DNA of 64,000 bases from Chitinophagaceae bacterium (GCA_947381435.1 CANCVE010000013.1:529-64528), one strand, 5' to 3'. Counted from the first letter of the stretch, positions 29,821 through 39,587 are shown. Translations and numbers: made by a program. Notes: generated by a model from the letters alone, not told the origin.

Positions 29821-30483
29821 ATGAGCAATGCAGATTTAAAACAGCAGGAAGAACTACAGCACATAAAGCAGATGATGGAACGCAGTAGTCGCTTTATTAG
29901 CCTGAGCGGACTGAGTGGTATTGCGGCAGGCACCTGCGCTTTGGTGGGCGCCTATTTTGCCAATAACGAATTGTTGCAGCTTTCTGCTCATGCCCCAAAT
30001 CATCAGTTGTCTGGCATTGATCGTAATGAGTCTATCGACCTAAATTTAATCAGCAGCCTATTGGGAAATAAGCTCTTGCAAATAGCTATCCTAACCTTTA
30101 TTGCTGCCCTCATATCTTCTTTTATTTTTACGTTTATCAGGAGCAAGCGTACCAATGTTTCTTTGTGGGGTACTACTTCCAAGCGTTTATTCATCAACAT
30201 TGCTATTCCTTTAATAGTGGGAGGGCTTTTTTTACTAAAACTGTTGCTTTTGGGCGGTTTAGGATTGGTTGCACCAGGATGCCTGCTGTTTTATGGCTTA
30301 GCATTAGTGAATGCGTCTAAATATACCTTGGTAGAAGTTCGGTATCTAGGTTATTCCCAATTGCTTTTTGGCATCATAAACCTCTTCTTTATAGGTAGTG
30401 GTCTGTTATTCTGGACACTCGGTTTTGGCATACTGCACATTGTTTATGGCGTATTGATGTGGTTGAAATATGAGCGGCAATAA
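29821..30483 (+). CDS. Hypothetical polytopic membrane protein (paralogue of 48637-49287)
   Basis: It shares SSRFISLSGLSGI..G, ...WG...KR, ...LVNASKYT..EVRYLGY and the ...YER tail with the other copy. Confidence 0.6.
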   Translation: MSNADLKQQEELQHIKQMMERSSRFISLSGLSGIAAGTCALVGAYFANNELLQLSAHAPNHQLSGIDRNESIDLNLISSLLGNKLLQIAILTFIAALISSFIFTFIRSKRTNVSLWGTTSKRLFINIAIPLIVGGLFLLKLLLLGGLGLVAPGCLLFYGLALVNASKYTLVEVRYLGYSQLLFGIINLFFIGSGLLFWTLGFGILHIVYGVLMWLKYERQ

Positions 30484-30549
30484 CACCTACCACTCACCCG
30501 TAAGGTTTATATTTTGAGTATTTAGTATTTAATGTTTTACGAAGTAGCG

Positions 30550-30846
30550 ATGAATCCCATTCTGCATTTAAATAAAGTTTTCGACAACCGCATACGCCTA
30601 GGCATCATGAGTGCCCTGATGGTGAATGAGGAGATTAACTTTAATGATTTGAAGGAGCTTTTACAGATTACGGATGGCAACCTCGCCAGCCATATTAAGG
30701 GGCTGGAAGAGAGTGGTTACATTCAGGTACAAAAGGGGTTTATTGGGCGCAAGACCAATACCACCTACAAGGCAACCGATGCTGGCTTTTTGGCTTTCAA
30801 GCAACACTTGACTGCCCTTGAAAAAATGATTAACGGTACAAAATAA
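30550..30846 (+). CDS. Winged-helix transcriptional regulator (small, ArsR/MarR-like fold)
   Basis: FDNRIRLGIMSAL...INFNDLKELLQITDGNLASHIKGLEESGYI. The start was set at ATG 30550. Confidence 0.65.
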   Translation: MNPILHLNKVFDNRIRLGIMSALMVNEEINFNDLKELLQITDGNLASHIKGLEESGYIQVQKGFIGRKTNTTYKATDAGFLAFKQHLTALEKMINGTK

Positions 30847-30865
30847 TTTTTTTTGCACTTAAACT

Positions 30866-32791
30866 TTGAATCTCAAAGTACTTTTAATGAAAAAGAAAAG
30901 GGTTACATCTCCGAAAGTAGCAGTAAGCATTTGGATTCTTACCAATCTAGTATTTAGCCTTGGTTTAACCATTTTATCAATAATAAAAGAAGAGGGAAGT
31001 AGTATACTTTATCTTCCATTTATTTATATTTTCTCCAGCATTGGCAGTCTTCCAATGGGAATTGCCCTAATGATTTTCATTGCAATTATTGAGAATCTAG
31101 ATATTTCAATTAAGCAAAAATTTTTGAGACTTATAATGGTCTGCTTTCTAAGCACACTTATCTATGGAATATTGTTTTCTCAATTATTTATAATTAAAAG
31201 CACAGAGAAACTCCCTGCCGCAGCTTACTGTGCGCTAGCCCTTTTTGCCCCTTCCCTCATTGCTATAGCTTTCTTACATAAAAAAATAAACATCTATTTC
31301 TTAACAACAAAAAATGAATCAATCATGGAAAACAATCAATTTCACAACGACGAGGACTTTAATGCTTCCTCAGACAGAAACTCAGTGGTACGAGAATCTG
31401 CACAAGCTACACTTAACCAACCAAGGGATTTCTCCTCTAGTAAAACACTAATGAAAGGACTCATTACAGCGGGTATGATTCTGGGAATGTTGATACCCAC
31501 AGCCTTTGTTAGTTCGCTAGTGAATGAAAGAGAAAAAAGGCAAGACACCGTTGTGGATGAAGTAACAAGCGGATGGTCTAACCCGCAAACACTATCTGGC
31601 CCCTACATCTACATCCCTTACCACGTGGCAGAGAAAGACAGTACTAAGAAGAGTGTTTCCATCACCAAAGACTTGTATTTACTGCCCGAAAACTTAACTG
31701 TGGATGGTAGTATTGAACCGGAAATACGCCTACGCTCCATTTATAAGGTACTACTCTATAAAAGTGACCTAAATACTTCTGGCAATTTTAATATTAAACT
31801 GCCCAAGGACATTGATATCAATACCCTTCAGCTTAGCGAGGCCAAAATTTGTTATGGCATCTCCGATTTTAAAGGTATTGAGGAAAAAATGAGTGTCAAC
31901 TTCAATGGCGCTAAGTACGACCTTTCGCCTGGGCTACCTACCAATCAGGTTGAAACGGTGGCTGTAAAAAACACGAATCCTGATGGAGAAGTGAAGGATG
32001 AAGCACATACCAAACAGGTAACTTCCATTGGTCTTTCAGCTAGTATTCCACTTACAAAAGAAGACTTCAACAAGCCCTTAAATTTCGGTTTACACCTTAA
32101 GCTAAAGGGCAGTGAGCAATTGCATTTCGTTCCGCTGAGTGCCAATAGCAATTTCAGTATCAAATCTACTTGGGCTGATCCTAAGTTTGATGGTAACAGT
32201 TTACCTACCGAAAAAGAAGTTACCAAAGATGGCTTCAGGGCAAAATGGGGATTTAATAGTGCAAACCTTCCATTTGGCACCGTACTAACTGATTTTAATT
32301 TTAATAAACAAGACATAGCCTTTGGTATAAACATGATTCAGCCCACAAACCAATACTCACAAACCAACAGAAGCGTTAAGTATGCCATCCTTTTCATTGG
32401 GCTAACCTTTTCCCTCTTCTTCATCATAGAGTTATTGCAACACAAACCCATGCACCCCATTCAGTACGCATTGGTGGGCATGGCACTCGTCATCTTTTTC
32501 ACCTTGCTGCTCTCCATTAGCGAGTTTATTGCCTTTGGATATGCCTACCTCATCGCTTCCTTTGCCACCATTTCGTTAATAACGGTCTATGCCAAAGGAC
32601 ACTTCAAAAGCTATAAGTCAGCCAGCATATTCGGCAGTTTGCTTACTTGTCTGTACGCCTTCATTTTTATACTTATACAGCTAGAAGATGCCGCTTTATT
32701 GGTGGGTAGCATTGGTTTATTCTTCATATTGGCACTTATCATGTTTGGTAGTAGAAAAATAAATTGGTACGGCATTCCATCCATCGCTTAA
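30866..32791 (+). CDS. creD: CreD-like cell-envelope integrity inner-membrane protein with an extra N-terminal 4-TM extension
   Basis: From about residue 190 (MKGLITAGMILGMLIP...NEREKRQ...GPYIYIPY) through the C-terminal TM bundle it resembles CreD. The N-terminal about 150 aa is an additional hydrophobic region in the same ORF. Confidence 0.65.
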   Translation: MNLKVLLMKKKRVTSPKVAVSIWILTNLVFSLGLTILSIIKEEGSSILYLPFIYIFSSIGSLPMGIALMIFIAIIENLDISIKQKFLRLIMVCFLSTLIYGILFSQLFIIKSTEKLPAAAYCALALFAPSLIAIAFLHKKINIYFLTTKNESIMENNQFHNDEDFNASSDRNSVVRESAQATLNQPRDFSSSKTLMKGLITAGMILGMLIPTAFVSSLVNEREKRQDTVVDEVTSGWSNPQTLSGPYIYIPYHVAEKDSTKKSVSITKDLYLLPENLTVDGSIEPEIRLRSIYKVLLYKSDLNTSGNFNIKLPKDIDINTLQLSEAKICYGISDFKGIEEKMSVNFNGAKYDLSPGLPTNQVETVAVKNTNPDGEVKDEAHTKQVTSIGLSASIPLTKEDFNKPLNFGLHLKLKGSEQLHFVPLSANSNFSIKSTWADPKFDGNSLPTEKEVTKDGFRAKWGFNSANLPFGTVLTDFNFNKQDIAFGINMIQPTNQYSQTNRSVKYAILFIGLTFSLFFIIELLQHKPMHPIQYALVGMALVIFFTLLLSISEFIAFGYAYLIASFATISLITVYAKGHFKSYKSASIFGSLLTCLYAFIFILIQLEDAALLVGSIGLFFILALIMFGSRKINWYGIPSIA

Positions 32792-32845
32792 GTTATTAAA
32801 CTAACGTGAGTTTGATATAGGAAAGTGAATATATTTTCAAGTGAG

Positions 32846-32949
32846 ACCTCACCTAAATCCTCTCCAAAGGAGAGGACTTTACACCCAAACTAAAGGTTAA
32901 TTGTTGCGTTTGTTTGCCCTTCTCTTTTGGAGAAGGGTTGGGATGAGGT
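32846..32949. repeat. Compound REP-like inverted repeat (cctctccaaaggagagg type)
   Basis: The arms acctcacctaaatcctctccaaaggagagga and cccttctcttttggagaagggttgggatgaggt each carry their own small hairpin. Confidence 0.7.
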
Positions 32950-33041
32950 TTAAATGGAATTAAAAAACTTATACCAAACACACATTAACTTCAATTTTTA
33001 ACAGGGGAGGAACAACCAATCCTCCCCATAAACTAACGCTT

Positions 33042-33434
33042 ATGCTACGTAAACTTTTGTATGCAGTTCTTTTTGCCTTTTCCACTTGGCTAGCCCTTGC
33101 CACCCGCAGTCACCACGAATGGTTTCCACAAGTGGTTGTGGTGTATGGTGGCGACATCATCTGGGCGGGTATGTTTCTTTTTTTTCTGCGGATATTTTTT
33201 ACCAAGCCTCCTTTGTGGAAGTTGGCACTCATCAACTATGCCCTCGGCGTATTGGATGAAGTTTCTCAACTAAACCAAGGTCCTTTTATGCAGTATCTGC
33301 GAAGCTTTACTTTGGGTAGATTAATGCTAGGCGTAGGCTTTTTGTGGAGCGATATTCTGTGTTATGCCATTGGCACTTTTATAGGCTGGCTGATAGCTTG
33401 TTTTGTTGAGGAATATGTGTTACCCCAAACCTGA
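33042..33434 (+). CDS. DUF2809 domain membrane protein
   Basis: 130 aa, 4 TM, with the motif YGGDIIWAGMFLFFL. Its stop codon lies inside REP copy 1. Confidence 0.65.
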   Translation: MLRKLLYAVLFAFSTWLALATRSHHEWFPQVVVVYGGDIIWAGMFLFFLRIFFTKPPLWKLALINYALGVLDEVSQLNQGPFMQYLRSFTLGRLMLGVGFLWSDILCYAIGTFIGWLIACFVEEYVLPQT

Positions 33435-33458
33435 CAGGTCTCGAAGACCTGTCAGGTT
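33428..33458. repeat. REP palindrome copy 1 (ACCTGACAGGTCT-N5-AGACCTGTCAGGT)
   Basis: aacctgacaggtctcgaagacctgtcaggtt. Confidence 0.9.
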
Positions 33459-33461
33459 TGT

Positions 33462-34103
33462 TTACATCTCAATTATAAACTTACTATAATCCGTTTCATC
33501 CAATTCTGAACTATGAAACTCTTTATATTTATTCGCATTTCCAAACCATTCCAACACTTGTTCTCTAGCCAGTTTTGTAGGACTATTAGCTAAATGACTA
33601 TGATAGGATGAATGTTGATATTCCCTGAAATTATCTACAAAACCATGCTTTTGAGGATTGAAATGTATATACCTGATAAGCTGGGTAAAGTATTTATCAT
33701 CATCCACTTGGATTCTTCTAAAGGGTGTTTCAAATAATCCGCCTGTTCTGTTTCGATTACTATTAATACTCTTGGTATAACAGTTAAAAAAGTCTGAAAA
33801 ACGTTTACTTACAATACGGTCTGGGTTGTGAAGGCCTGTTTTTAAACCTGACAGGTCTTCGAGACCTGTCAGGTTTATAGGAAAAACATCTTTAATCTTC
33901 ACCAATAAATGAAAATGGTTTCCAAGTAAACAATAGGCGTAAGTGTCCAACACTTCATGAAGATACAATCCATATTTCTGTAAGAAAAAAGCATAATTAC
34001 GTTCCTCGTAAAAGAGGTTAACGCCATTAATACCTCTATTATAAATATGGTAGAATGAGCCATTGGTTAATAATAATTCGCTTCGAGACATAATGCTAAT
34101 CAT
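33462..34103 (-). CDS. REP-associated tyrosine transposase (RAYT; IS200/IS605-like Y1 HUH transposase)
   Basis: HUH motif GNHFHLLVK and catalytic Tyr region LIRYIHFNPQKHGF. It is flanked by cognate REPs. Confidence 0.8.
   Translation of the reverse strand: MISIMSRSELLLTNGSFYHIYNRGINGVNLFYEERNYAFFLQKYGLYLHEVLDTYAYCLLGNHFHLLVKIKDVFPINLTGLEDLSGLKTGLHNPDRIVSKRFSDFFNCYTKSINSNRNRTGGLFETPFRRIQVDDDKYFTQLIRYIHFNPQKHGFVDNFREYQHSSYHSHLANSPTKLAREQVLEWFGNANKYKEFHSSELDETDYSKFIIEM
33844..33876. repeat. REP palindrome copy 2, inside the RAYT CDS
   Basis: aaacctgacaggtcttcgagacctgtcaggttt, read in-frame as NLTGLEDLSGLKT. Confidence 0.9.
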
Positions 34104-34120
34104 TTAGAATTTTATAATAC

Positions 34121-34149
34121 ACCTGACAGGTCTTGAAGACCTGTCAGGT
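34121..34149. repeat. REP palindrome copy 3
   Basis: acctgacaggtcttgaagacctgtcaggt. It lies 18 nt upstream of the RAYT start. Confidence 0.9.
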
Positions 34150-34244
34150 ATAAAAGTCTCCGTCATAAACCTAGCCATAAAAAGGAAAATTTACACAAGC
34201 AGTTGTATTTGTTTTGGCGATGATTATAATTGGTTGTGGGTAAT

Positions 34245-34279
34245 AAAACCTGACAGGTCTTTGAGACCTGTCAGGTTTT
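34245..34279. repeat. REP palindrome copy 4
   Basis: aaaacctgacaggtctttgagacctgtcaggtttt. Confidence 0.9.
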
Positions 34280-34514
34280 ATTGCCCTTCCAAAAAATAAA
34301 TAAAAAATAAATCGAACAATATCGAATAAAGCAGTTAGTTTTGAAAAATAATAAAGCATACAAACATTCTAAACCAAAACTGCTTAGTGGAATCTTAATT
34401 GAACACTCACTTTTAAAGACAGCTTGAAATATCATGGCTGCCTCTGTAAAAAAACTTCTTACTACTGCTTTAGGAAACTTCTTAAAACATTTAGGCGCTT
34501 CATCAATCAAAAAG

Positions 34515-34713
34515 AGTCATACCATTTTTGGAAATTGGTATACCAAAAAGTAAAATTGGTATACCATTAATGAAAAATGGTACACCAATTTCGAAAAAAG
34601 GTATACCAAAAAACAAAAAGGGTACACCATTATTGTAAAATGGTATACCAAAAACCTAAAATGGTATACCAATAATGAAAAATGGTAGACAACTTTCCCA
34701 AAATGGTAGGTAG
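34515..34713. repeat. Tandem array of TGGTATACCA palindromes at exact 21-bp spacing (7 good plus 3 degenerate units)
   Basis: Boxes start at 34536, 34557, 34578, 34599, 34620, 34641 and 34662. Degenerate boxes are at 34515, 34683 and 34704. Confidence 0.9.
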
Positions 34714-34822
34714 CTTTTTTGAAAAAACCACCTTTGTAGATGATGCTTTCACTAGAATCTTAGTAATTGGCCAGGTTTAATTATGAATAACCGACCACTC
34801 TTTTCATTTTAAAATTTTAATT

Positions 34823-35497
34823 ATGTCAAAGAATGAGGATTGGATACCTAGACCACATCCAGAATATAGAAGATTTGGAGATAATCTATGTTTACGAGTA
34901 AACGCTAATAAAACAATTTGGGGGATAGACCCTGCACTAGTTGCCGCATTGATAGTGTTACAACTTATTTATAACGCTTATGAAACAATATCGTCTGGTA
35001 AGGATACGCACACTACTATAGATGTAGATAATACAAACCGTGCCCGTATCCCGTATGAAGCTGCGCTCCGCGAAATGGGGCAGGGAGAAATGAAATTAAA
35101 TAAAAAAATGAATGATGGCGAACGTACTGCTTGCGGTGTTGTAAATGATAGTAATTCACGTACAATGGCTGCCATTTGTAATGTTTCGCCTGTAGTTAAA
35201 ATTACTCAATTGGGAGAATTGAATAAGAAACTAACTTTTATTAACCCCGGCCCCGATGCAGGCTCTTGGCCCGAAGGGCAAGATTGTGTTTCGGTAAAGA
35301 TTGGCAAATATAAGAATGGAGATCCCGTTCCTAAAGAAGCTGATTGTGCATTAACTTATTTATATAGCAAATTGGCTAATGGAATAGTTTTTTCTGCTGA
35401 CGATGCAGGAATGCAGTTTGTAGGCTATGCCCGTTATGTAAATACCCGTAAGGATGTGGGTACTGCTGCCACCAAGTTTTCGGGTACCATTAGTTAA
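34823..35497 (+). CDS. Hypothetical protein
   Basis: 224-aa clean ORF with no motif recognised. The 21-bp array lies about 110 bp upstream, and structured repeat copy B starts at its stop codon. Confidence 0.55.
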   Translation: MSKNEDWIPRPHPEYRRFGDNLCLRVNANKTIWGIDPALVAALIVLQLIYNAYETISSGKDTHTTIDVDNTNRARIPYEAALREMGQGEMKLNKKMNDGERTACGVVNDSNSRTMAAICNVSPVVKITQLGELNKKLTFINPGPDAGSWPEGQDCVSVKIGKYKNGDPVPKEADCALTYLYSKLANGIVFSADDAGMQFVGYARYVNTRKDVGTAATKFSGTIS

Positions 35498-35750
35498 TAA
35501 CTGACCTTACACATATTTATCAATACGCTAACAAAGGTTTTTTATTGAACACAAAGGCACATTAGACACATAGAAAAATAAGGTAAGAAACGTTGTATTT
35601 TAAGGTCACATAGACTGGAGTATAAAAAGTGAAACTTTTTTTTCTATGTGTTCTTCTCTTTTTCTTCTTTAAACCTGCGAACTATGTTCCTTATGTGTCT
35701 ATGTGTTAAATTTTGCTAAAGGTGAATAAAACTGCCTATCATTAGCTAAT
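35498..35750 (+). repeat. About 250-bp structured repeat, copy B
   Basis: See copy A. The long-range stem is aacacaaaggcacat / atgtgtctatgtgtt, with one A-T to C-G compensatory change relative to copy A. Confidence 0.8.
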
Positions 35751-35782
35751 AAATAACAGACCACTAAAGGTGGACGACAAAT

Positions 35783-35818
35783 AAATGCCGCAAAACTTGA
35801 AAGTTTGCGGCATTTTTA
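35783..35818 (+). terminator. Rho-independent terminator
   Basis: aatgccgcaaaactt-gaa-agtttgcggcatt followed by TTTT. Confidence 0.7.
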
Positions 35819-35944
35819 CTTGTAGATATGTTTAAAATGCTAACTGGTTTCGAAGAGCTGTAATGTATATGTATCTATAATTTATGCCAATAGCAAAATG
35901 AAATTTCCCTGTTTCATCTTAATGCTGCAAATTTGCCGCTTCGT

Positions 35945-36952
35945 ATGCAATCTATCAGTCGTTTTTTTCCTTTACTTAGTTCTCAGGCTAACATCGTTAT
36001 TACTTGTCATCAAAAACCAGATGGCGATGCAATGGGCAGTACATTGGGGCTATACCACTTTCTAATTCAGCTAGGACATCAGGTTACGGTGATATCACCA
36101 ACTAATTGGGCAGACTTCCTAAACTGGATGCCCGGAGTGGACAAAGTGATAAATTACGACTACAATAAGATCAAGGCTCAAGCAATAATTGATGAGGCAA
36201 CCATCATTTTTTGTCTTGACTTTAATATTCTTCATAGAACAAAAAATATGGAGACTCCTTTAGCAAAGGCTAAATGTATTAAGGTTTTGATTGATCATCA
36301 TGAGCAACCACAGGAAGAAGCTTTCGATTATGGCATTAGCCTCACCTCTAAAAGTAGTACCTGCGAGATGGTATATGACTTTATTGTTGATGCTGGCTAT
36401 AAAGACAAGATAAACCTCGACGTTGCGAAATGCCTTTATACGGGTGTAATGACAGATACTGGTTCGTTCCGCTTTCCGTCTACAAAGGCTTCCGTGCATT
36501 TAATGGTGGCGCACCTTAAGGAGATAGGACTGGAACATGCTGAAATTCATAGTAACATTTTTGATTGCTCGTTAGAAAATAGGTTACGCTTTACGGGCTT
36601 TGCTTTAGTAAATAGAATGGAGGTTTTTTACCAATATAATACTGCCATCTTTTATATTTATAGTGCCGACTTGAAGAAGTATGACATTAAAACGGGTGAT
36701 ACTGAAGGATTAGTGAACTATCTATTGACCATGAAGGGCATTAGATTTGGCGCCATAGTGATAGATAGAGATGAAGAAAGAAAATGGAGCTTTAGAAGCA
36801 AAGGAGACTTTGATGTGAATACATTTGCCAGAATGCACTTTGAAGGCGGTGGTCACTTTAACGCTGCAGGCGGCAGAAGCGACGATAAGGTAGACGACAC
36901 TGTAAATAAATTTAAAGAATTATTACCTAATTACGAACAAGCATTACAATAA
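35945..36952 (+). CDS. nrnA: DHH/DHHA1 family phosphoesterase (NrnA-like oligoribonuclease / pAp phosphatase)
   Basis: DGDAMGS, LIDHHEQP and GGGHFNAAGG motifs. Confidence 0.8.
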   Translation: MQSISRFFPLLSSQANIVITCHQKPDGDAMGSTLGLYHFLIQLGHQVTVISPTNWADFLNWMPGVDKVINYDYNKIKAQAIIDEATIIFCLDFNILHRTKNMETPLAKAKCIKVLIDHHEQPQEEAFDYGISLTSKSSTCEMVYDFIVDAGYKDKINLDVAKCLYTGVMTDTGSFRFPSTKASVHLMVAHLKEIGLEHAEIHSNIFDCSLENRLRFTGFALVNRMEVFYQYNTAIFYIYSADLKKYDIKTGDTEGLVNYLLTMKGIRFGAIVIDRDEERKWSFRSKGDFDVNTFARMHFEGGGHFNAAGGRSDDKVDDTVNKFKELLPNYEQALQ

Positions 36953-37015
36953 CCGTTTCTTTGCGCATAGATAAATACAACAAAGAGACACATCATTTTA
37001 ATTTAAAAACAAATA

Positions 37016-37945
37016 ATGAAACAATTATCAGCAGTTTTAGCAATTGCCTTGTTGATGGCAAGTTGCAACCAATTTGAAAAGACAAAAACAGGGATGCCTT
37101 ATAAAATAAAGAAAGGCGCTAACTCTGTTCCTTTAAAGAATGGTCAGTTTATTAAGTTCAATATAGAATTTAAAGTTGGTGAAAAGGATTCTATCCTTAA
37201 TAGTTCTTATGGTCATATTCCAGCTTTTATGCGCTATGATTCTTCTCAATTGGGTAAATATAACTTTACGGAAGTATTGCCTAAATTAGGTCAAGGAGAT
37301 GAACTTACTTTTACCCTAAGTATCGATTCATTGAAGAATATGGGAATGATTCCTGAATTTAATAAGACTTTTAACAAGGGTGGCGTTATAAAAGGAAAGG
37401 TAGAAATTGTTACTGTTTACAATGACCAAAATGCTGTTGAAGCTGCTTACAAAAAAGAAGTGGAAGACGAAAAGGCAAGAGAAATTAAAGATTTGAATGC
37501 TTATGCAGCAGCTAAAGGATTAAAAACACAATCTACACCAAACGGTGCATTGGTAGTTTTGGAAACTCCGGGCGACTTGACTAACAAGGCTGACAGCGGA
37601 AAAGAAGCGACCGTTTTGTACAAAGGATACACTGTAGACGGTAAAGTATTTGATAGCAACATAGATAAGCCAGGCGCACCAGAATTTAAAGTAGTAATAG
37701 GTGAAAGAAAGGTAATTCAAGGTTGGGATGAAGGACTTAGATTCTTTGGTAAAGGCGGAAAAGGTAAGATATTGGTACCAGCAATGCTTGGCTACGGTCA
37801 GCAAGGTGCGGGTGGAGATATTAAACCATTTACTAACTTAGTATTTGATGTTCAAATAGCTAATGTAGGTATTCCTGCACCAGCGCCTGCAAAACCAGCT
37901 ACAATGCCGGGTATGCCGCCGCATAATATGCCAGCACACAAATAA
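37016..37945 (+). CDS. FKBP-type peptidyl-prolyl isomerase lipoprotein
   Basis: Lipobox LLMASC. The C-terminal FKBP domain has VLYKGYTVDGKVFDS...GW.EGL...LVFDV. Confidence 0.85.
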   Translation: MKQLSAVLAIALLMASCNQFEKTKTGMPYKIKKGANSVPLKNGQFIKFNIEFKVGEKDSILNSSYGHIPAFMRYDSSQLGKYNFTEVLPKLGQGDELTFTLSIDSLKNMGMIPEFNKTFNKGGVIKGKVEIVTVYNDQNAVEAAYKKEVEDEKAREIKDLNAYAAAKGLKTQSTPNGALVVLETPGDLTNKADSGKEATVLYKGYTVDGKVFDSNIDKPGAPEFKVVIGERKVIQGWDEGLRFFGKGGKGKILVPAMLGYGQQGAGGDIKPFTNLVFDVQIANVGIPAPAPAKPATMPGMPPHNMPAHK

Positions 37946-37963
37946 TATATTTGGTATACTACA

Positions 37964-37998
37964 AAAAGCGGCTATCCTGGATAAGGATAGCCGCTTTT
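37964..37998 (+). terminator. Rho-independent terminator
   Basis: aaaagcggctatcc...ggatagccgctttt. Confidence 0.7.
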
Positions 37999-38133
37999 TA
38001 TTTATAAAAAATGTTTGACGATTATCCACCAATGGGTATTCCGCATTAATCTTTGCGGAATTGCGAAGCATTAATTAGCGACCTAAAGTGTATTTATAAT
38101 CACAAGTTGCATAGTTCTTCTACATAATCTTCG

Positions 38134-38219
38134 CGTCATTGCGAGGCACGAAGCAACCTCTTTTAGGACTAATACGCTTAAGTTTTTTAAAAAGGGTTTC
38201 TTTGTGCCTCGCAATGACG
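38134..38219. repeat. REP-like hairpin of the GTCATTGCGAGGCACGAAGCA family
   Basis: cgtcattgcgaggcacgaagcaacc ... gtgcctcgcaatgacg. Confidence 0.8.
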
Positions 38220-38291
38220 GGGAGATTTAAGCGATTTTAAAAGAAATCATTAGCAGGTATGAAGCAAGCTTGTTTGTTTAATTGATTGAAG

Positions 38292-39440
38292 ATGAGCCGT
38301 TATTATTCTTACTTAAATACTACTAAAGAAGTTGTAGCAAACTATAAAGGCGAAATACCATTGGCAGCATGGCTAAAACAATTCTTTGCCACCCGAAAAC
38401 AAATGGGTAGCCGAGACAGAAGAGAAGTAAGCGCAATGGTGTATCAGTACTACCGTCTGGGAAAACTAGTAGACGCAACATTTGAGGAACGAATTGCAGC
38501 GGCATTATTTTTATGTAGGCAAGAACCGAATGAACTTTTGGGCTTATTAAACCCAACTTTGAATGAACAAATAACGTTGCCCATTAAGGAGAAAGTTTCA
38601 TTGATTACCACTAGGGACATAGGTAATATTTTCCCTTTTATTGATGAAACAGAACAGACCACTAAACAGGAAGCCTTCTGTTTATCGCATTTAATTCAAC
38701 CAGATTTGTTTGTAAGAATACGACCAAAGCATGGCGCAACCGTAAGACATAAACTGCAAGAACATAAGATTGCCTTTAAGGAACTAGGCAATGATTGCAT
38801 TTCCTTTAGTAATGCAACGGCCTTGGACACAGTTTTAAGTATTGATAAGGAAGTTGTGATTCAAGACTGTTCTTCGCAGCAAGTAGGATCTTTTTTTAGT
38901 AACCTTAAAAACATTAAGAACGTGTGGGACTGCTGTGCGGCAAGTGGTGGAAAATCTATATTGGCAGTGGATGTTTTGGGCAAACTAAATCTTACACTAA
39001 GCGACAAAAGGCCGACCATTATCAATAACCTTAGAAAACGCTTGGACAAGGCGGGTATTAACCAAAACAAGGTATTTGCGGCGGATATTACCAAGCCATT
39101 TAATGAATTGAAAGGAGAAAAATTTGATCTGATAATATGTGATGCCCCTTGTAGTGGAAGTGGAACATGGGGAAGAACGCCAGAAAATTTGAGTATTTTT
39201 AAGAAAGAGTCTATAGGAGAGTATGGAGAACTACAGAAGAAAATAGTAACGAATGTAATACCGTATTTATCTTCTAAAGGTTACTTTTTATATATCACGT
39301 GTTCTGTTTACAAAGCAGAGAATGAGGAGGTAGTTTCTTATATCTTAGACAAATACCCACACTTATCGCTCGTTAAGAAACAACTGATAGAAGGATATGA
39401 AAAAAGAGCCGACACAATGTATGCAGCCCTTTTTAAGTGA
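38292..39440 (+). CDS. RsmB/NOP family SAM-dependent RNA m5C methyltransferase
   Basis: DCCAASGGKS and ICDAPCSGSGTWGR motifs. Confidence 0.8.
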   Translation: MSRYYSYLNTTKEVVANYKGEIPLAAWLKQFFATRKQMGSRDRREVSAMVYQYYRLGKLVDATFEERIAAALFLCRQEPNELLGLLNPTLNEQITLPIKEKVSLITTRDIGNIFPFIDETEQTTKQEAFCLSHLIQPDLFVRIRPKHGATVRHKLQEHKIAFKELGNDCISFSNATALDTVLSIDKEVVIQDCSSQQVGSFFSNLKNIKNVWDCCAASGGKSILAVDVLGKLNLTLSDKRPTIINNLRKRLDKAGINQNKVFAADITKPFNELKGEKFDLIICDAPCSGSGTWGRTPENLSIFKKESIGEYGELQKKIVTNVIPYLSSKGYFLYITCSVYKAENEEVVSYILDKYPHLSLVKKQLIEGYEKRADTMYAALFK

Positions 39441-39442
39441 AC

Positions 39443-39587
39443 AGTGAACAGTTATCAGTGAATAGTAAGTAGTAAATAGTTATTAGTGAGTAGTTGTTGC
39501 TAGTCATTTTAATAACTGCGAGTTTCCTACAGTTAACCGATTACTGTTCACTGATTACAGCTAACCGTTCACTGATAACTGTTTACT
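39443..39587. repeat. Long-range inverted repeat of the cagtgaacagttatcagtgaa family between convergent genes (likely bidirectional terminator)
   Basis: agtgaacagttatcagtgaa (39443-39462) pairs with ttcactgataactgtttact (39568-39587) with 1 mismatch. The arms touch both stop codons. Confidence 0.6.

Noticed and set aside
34171-34510. Two minus-strand ORFs (62 and 79 aa) between REP copy 3 and the TGGTATACCA array.
   Set aside because: They are AT-rich with low-complexity translations that overlap a REP, and there are no motifs.
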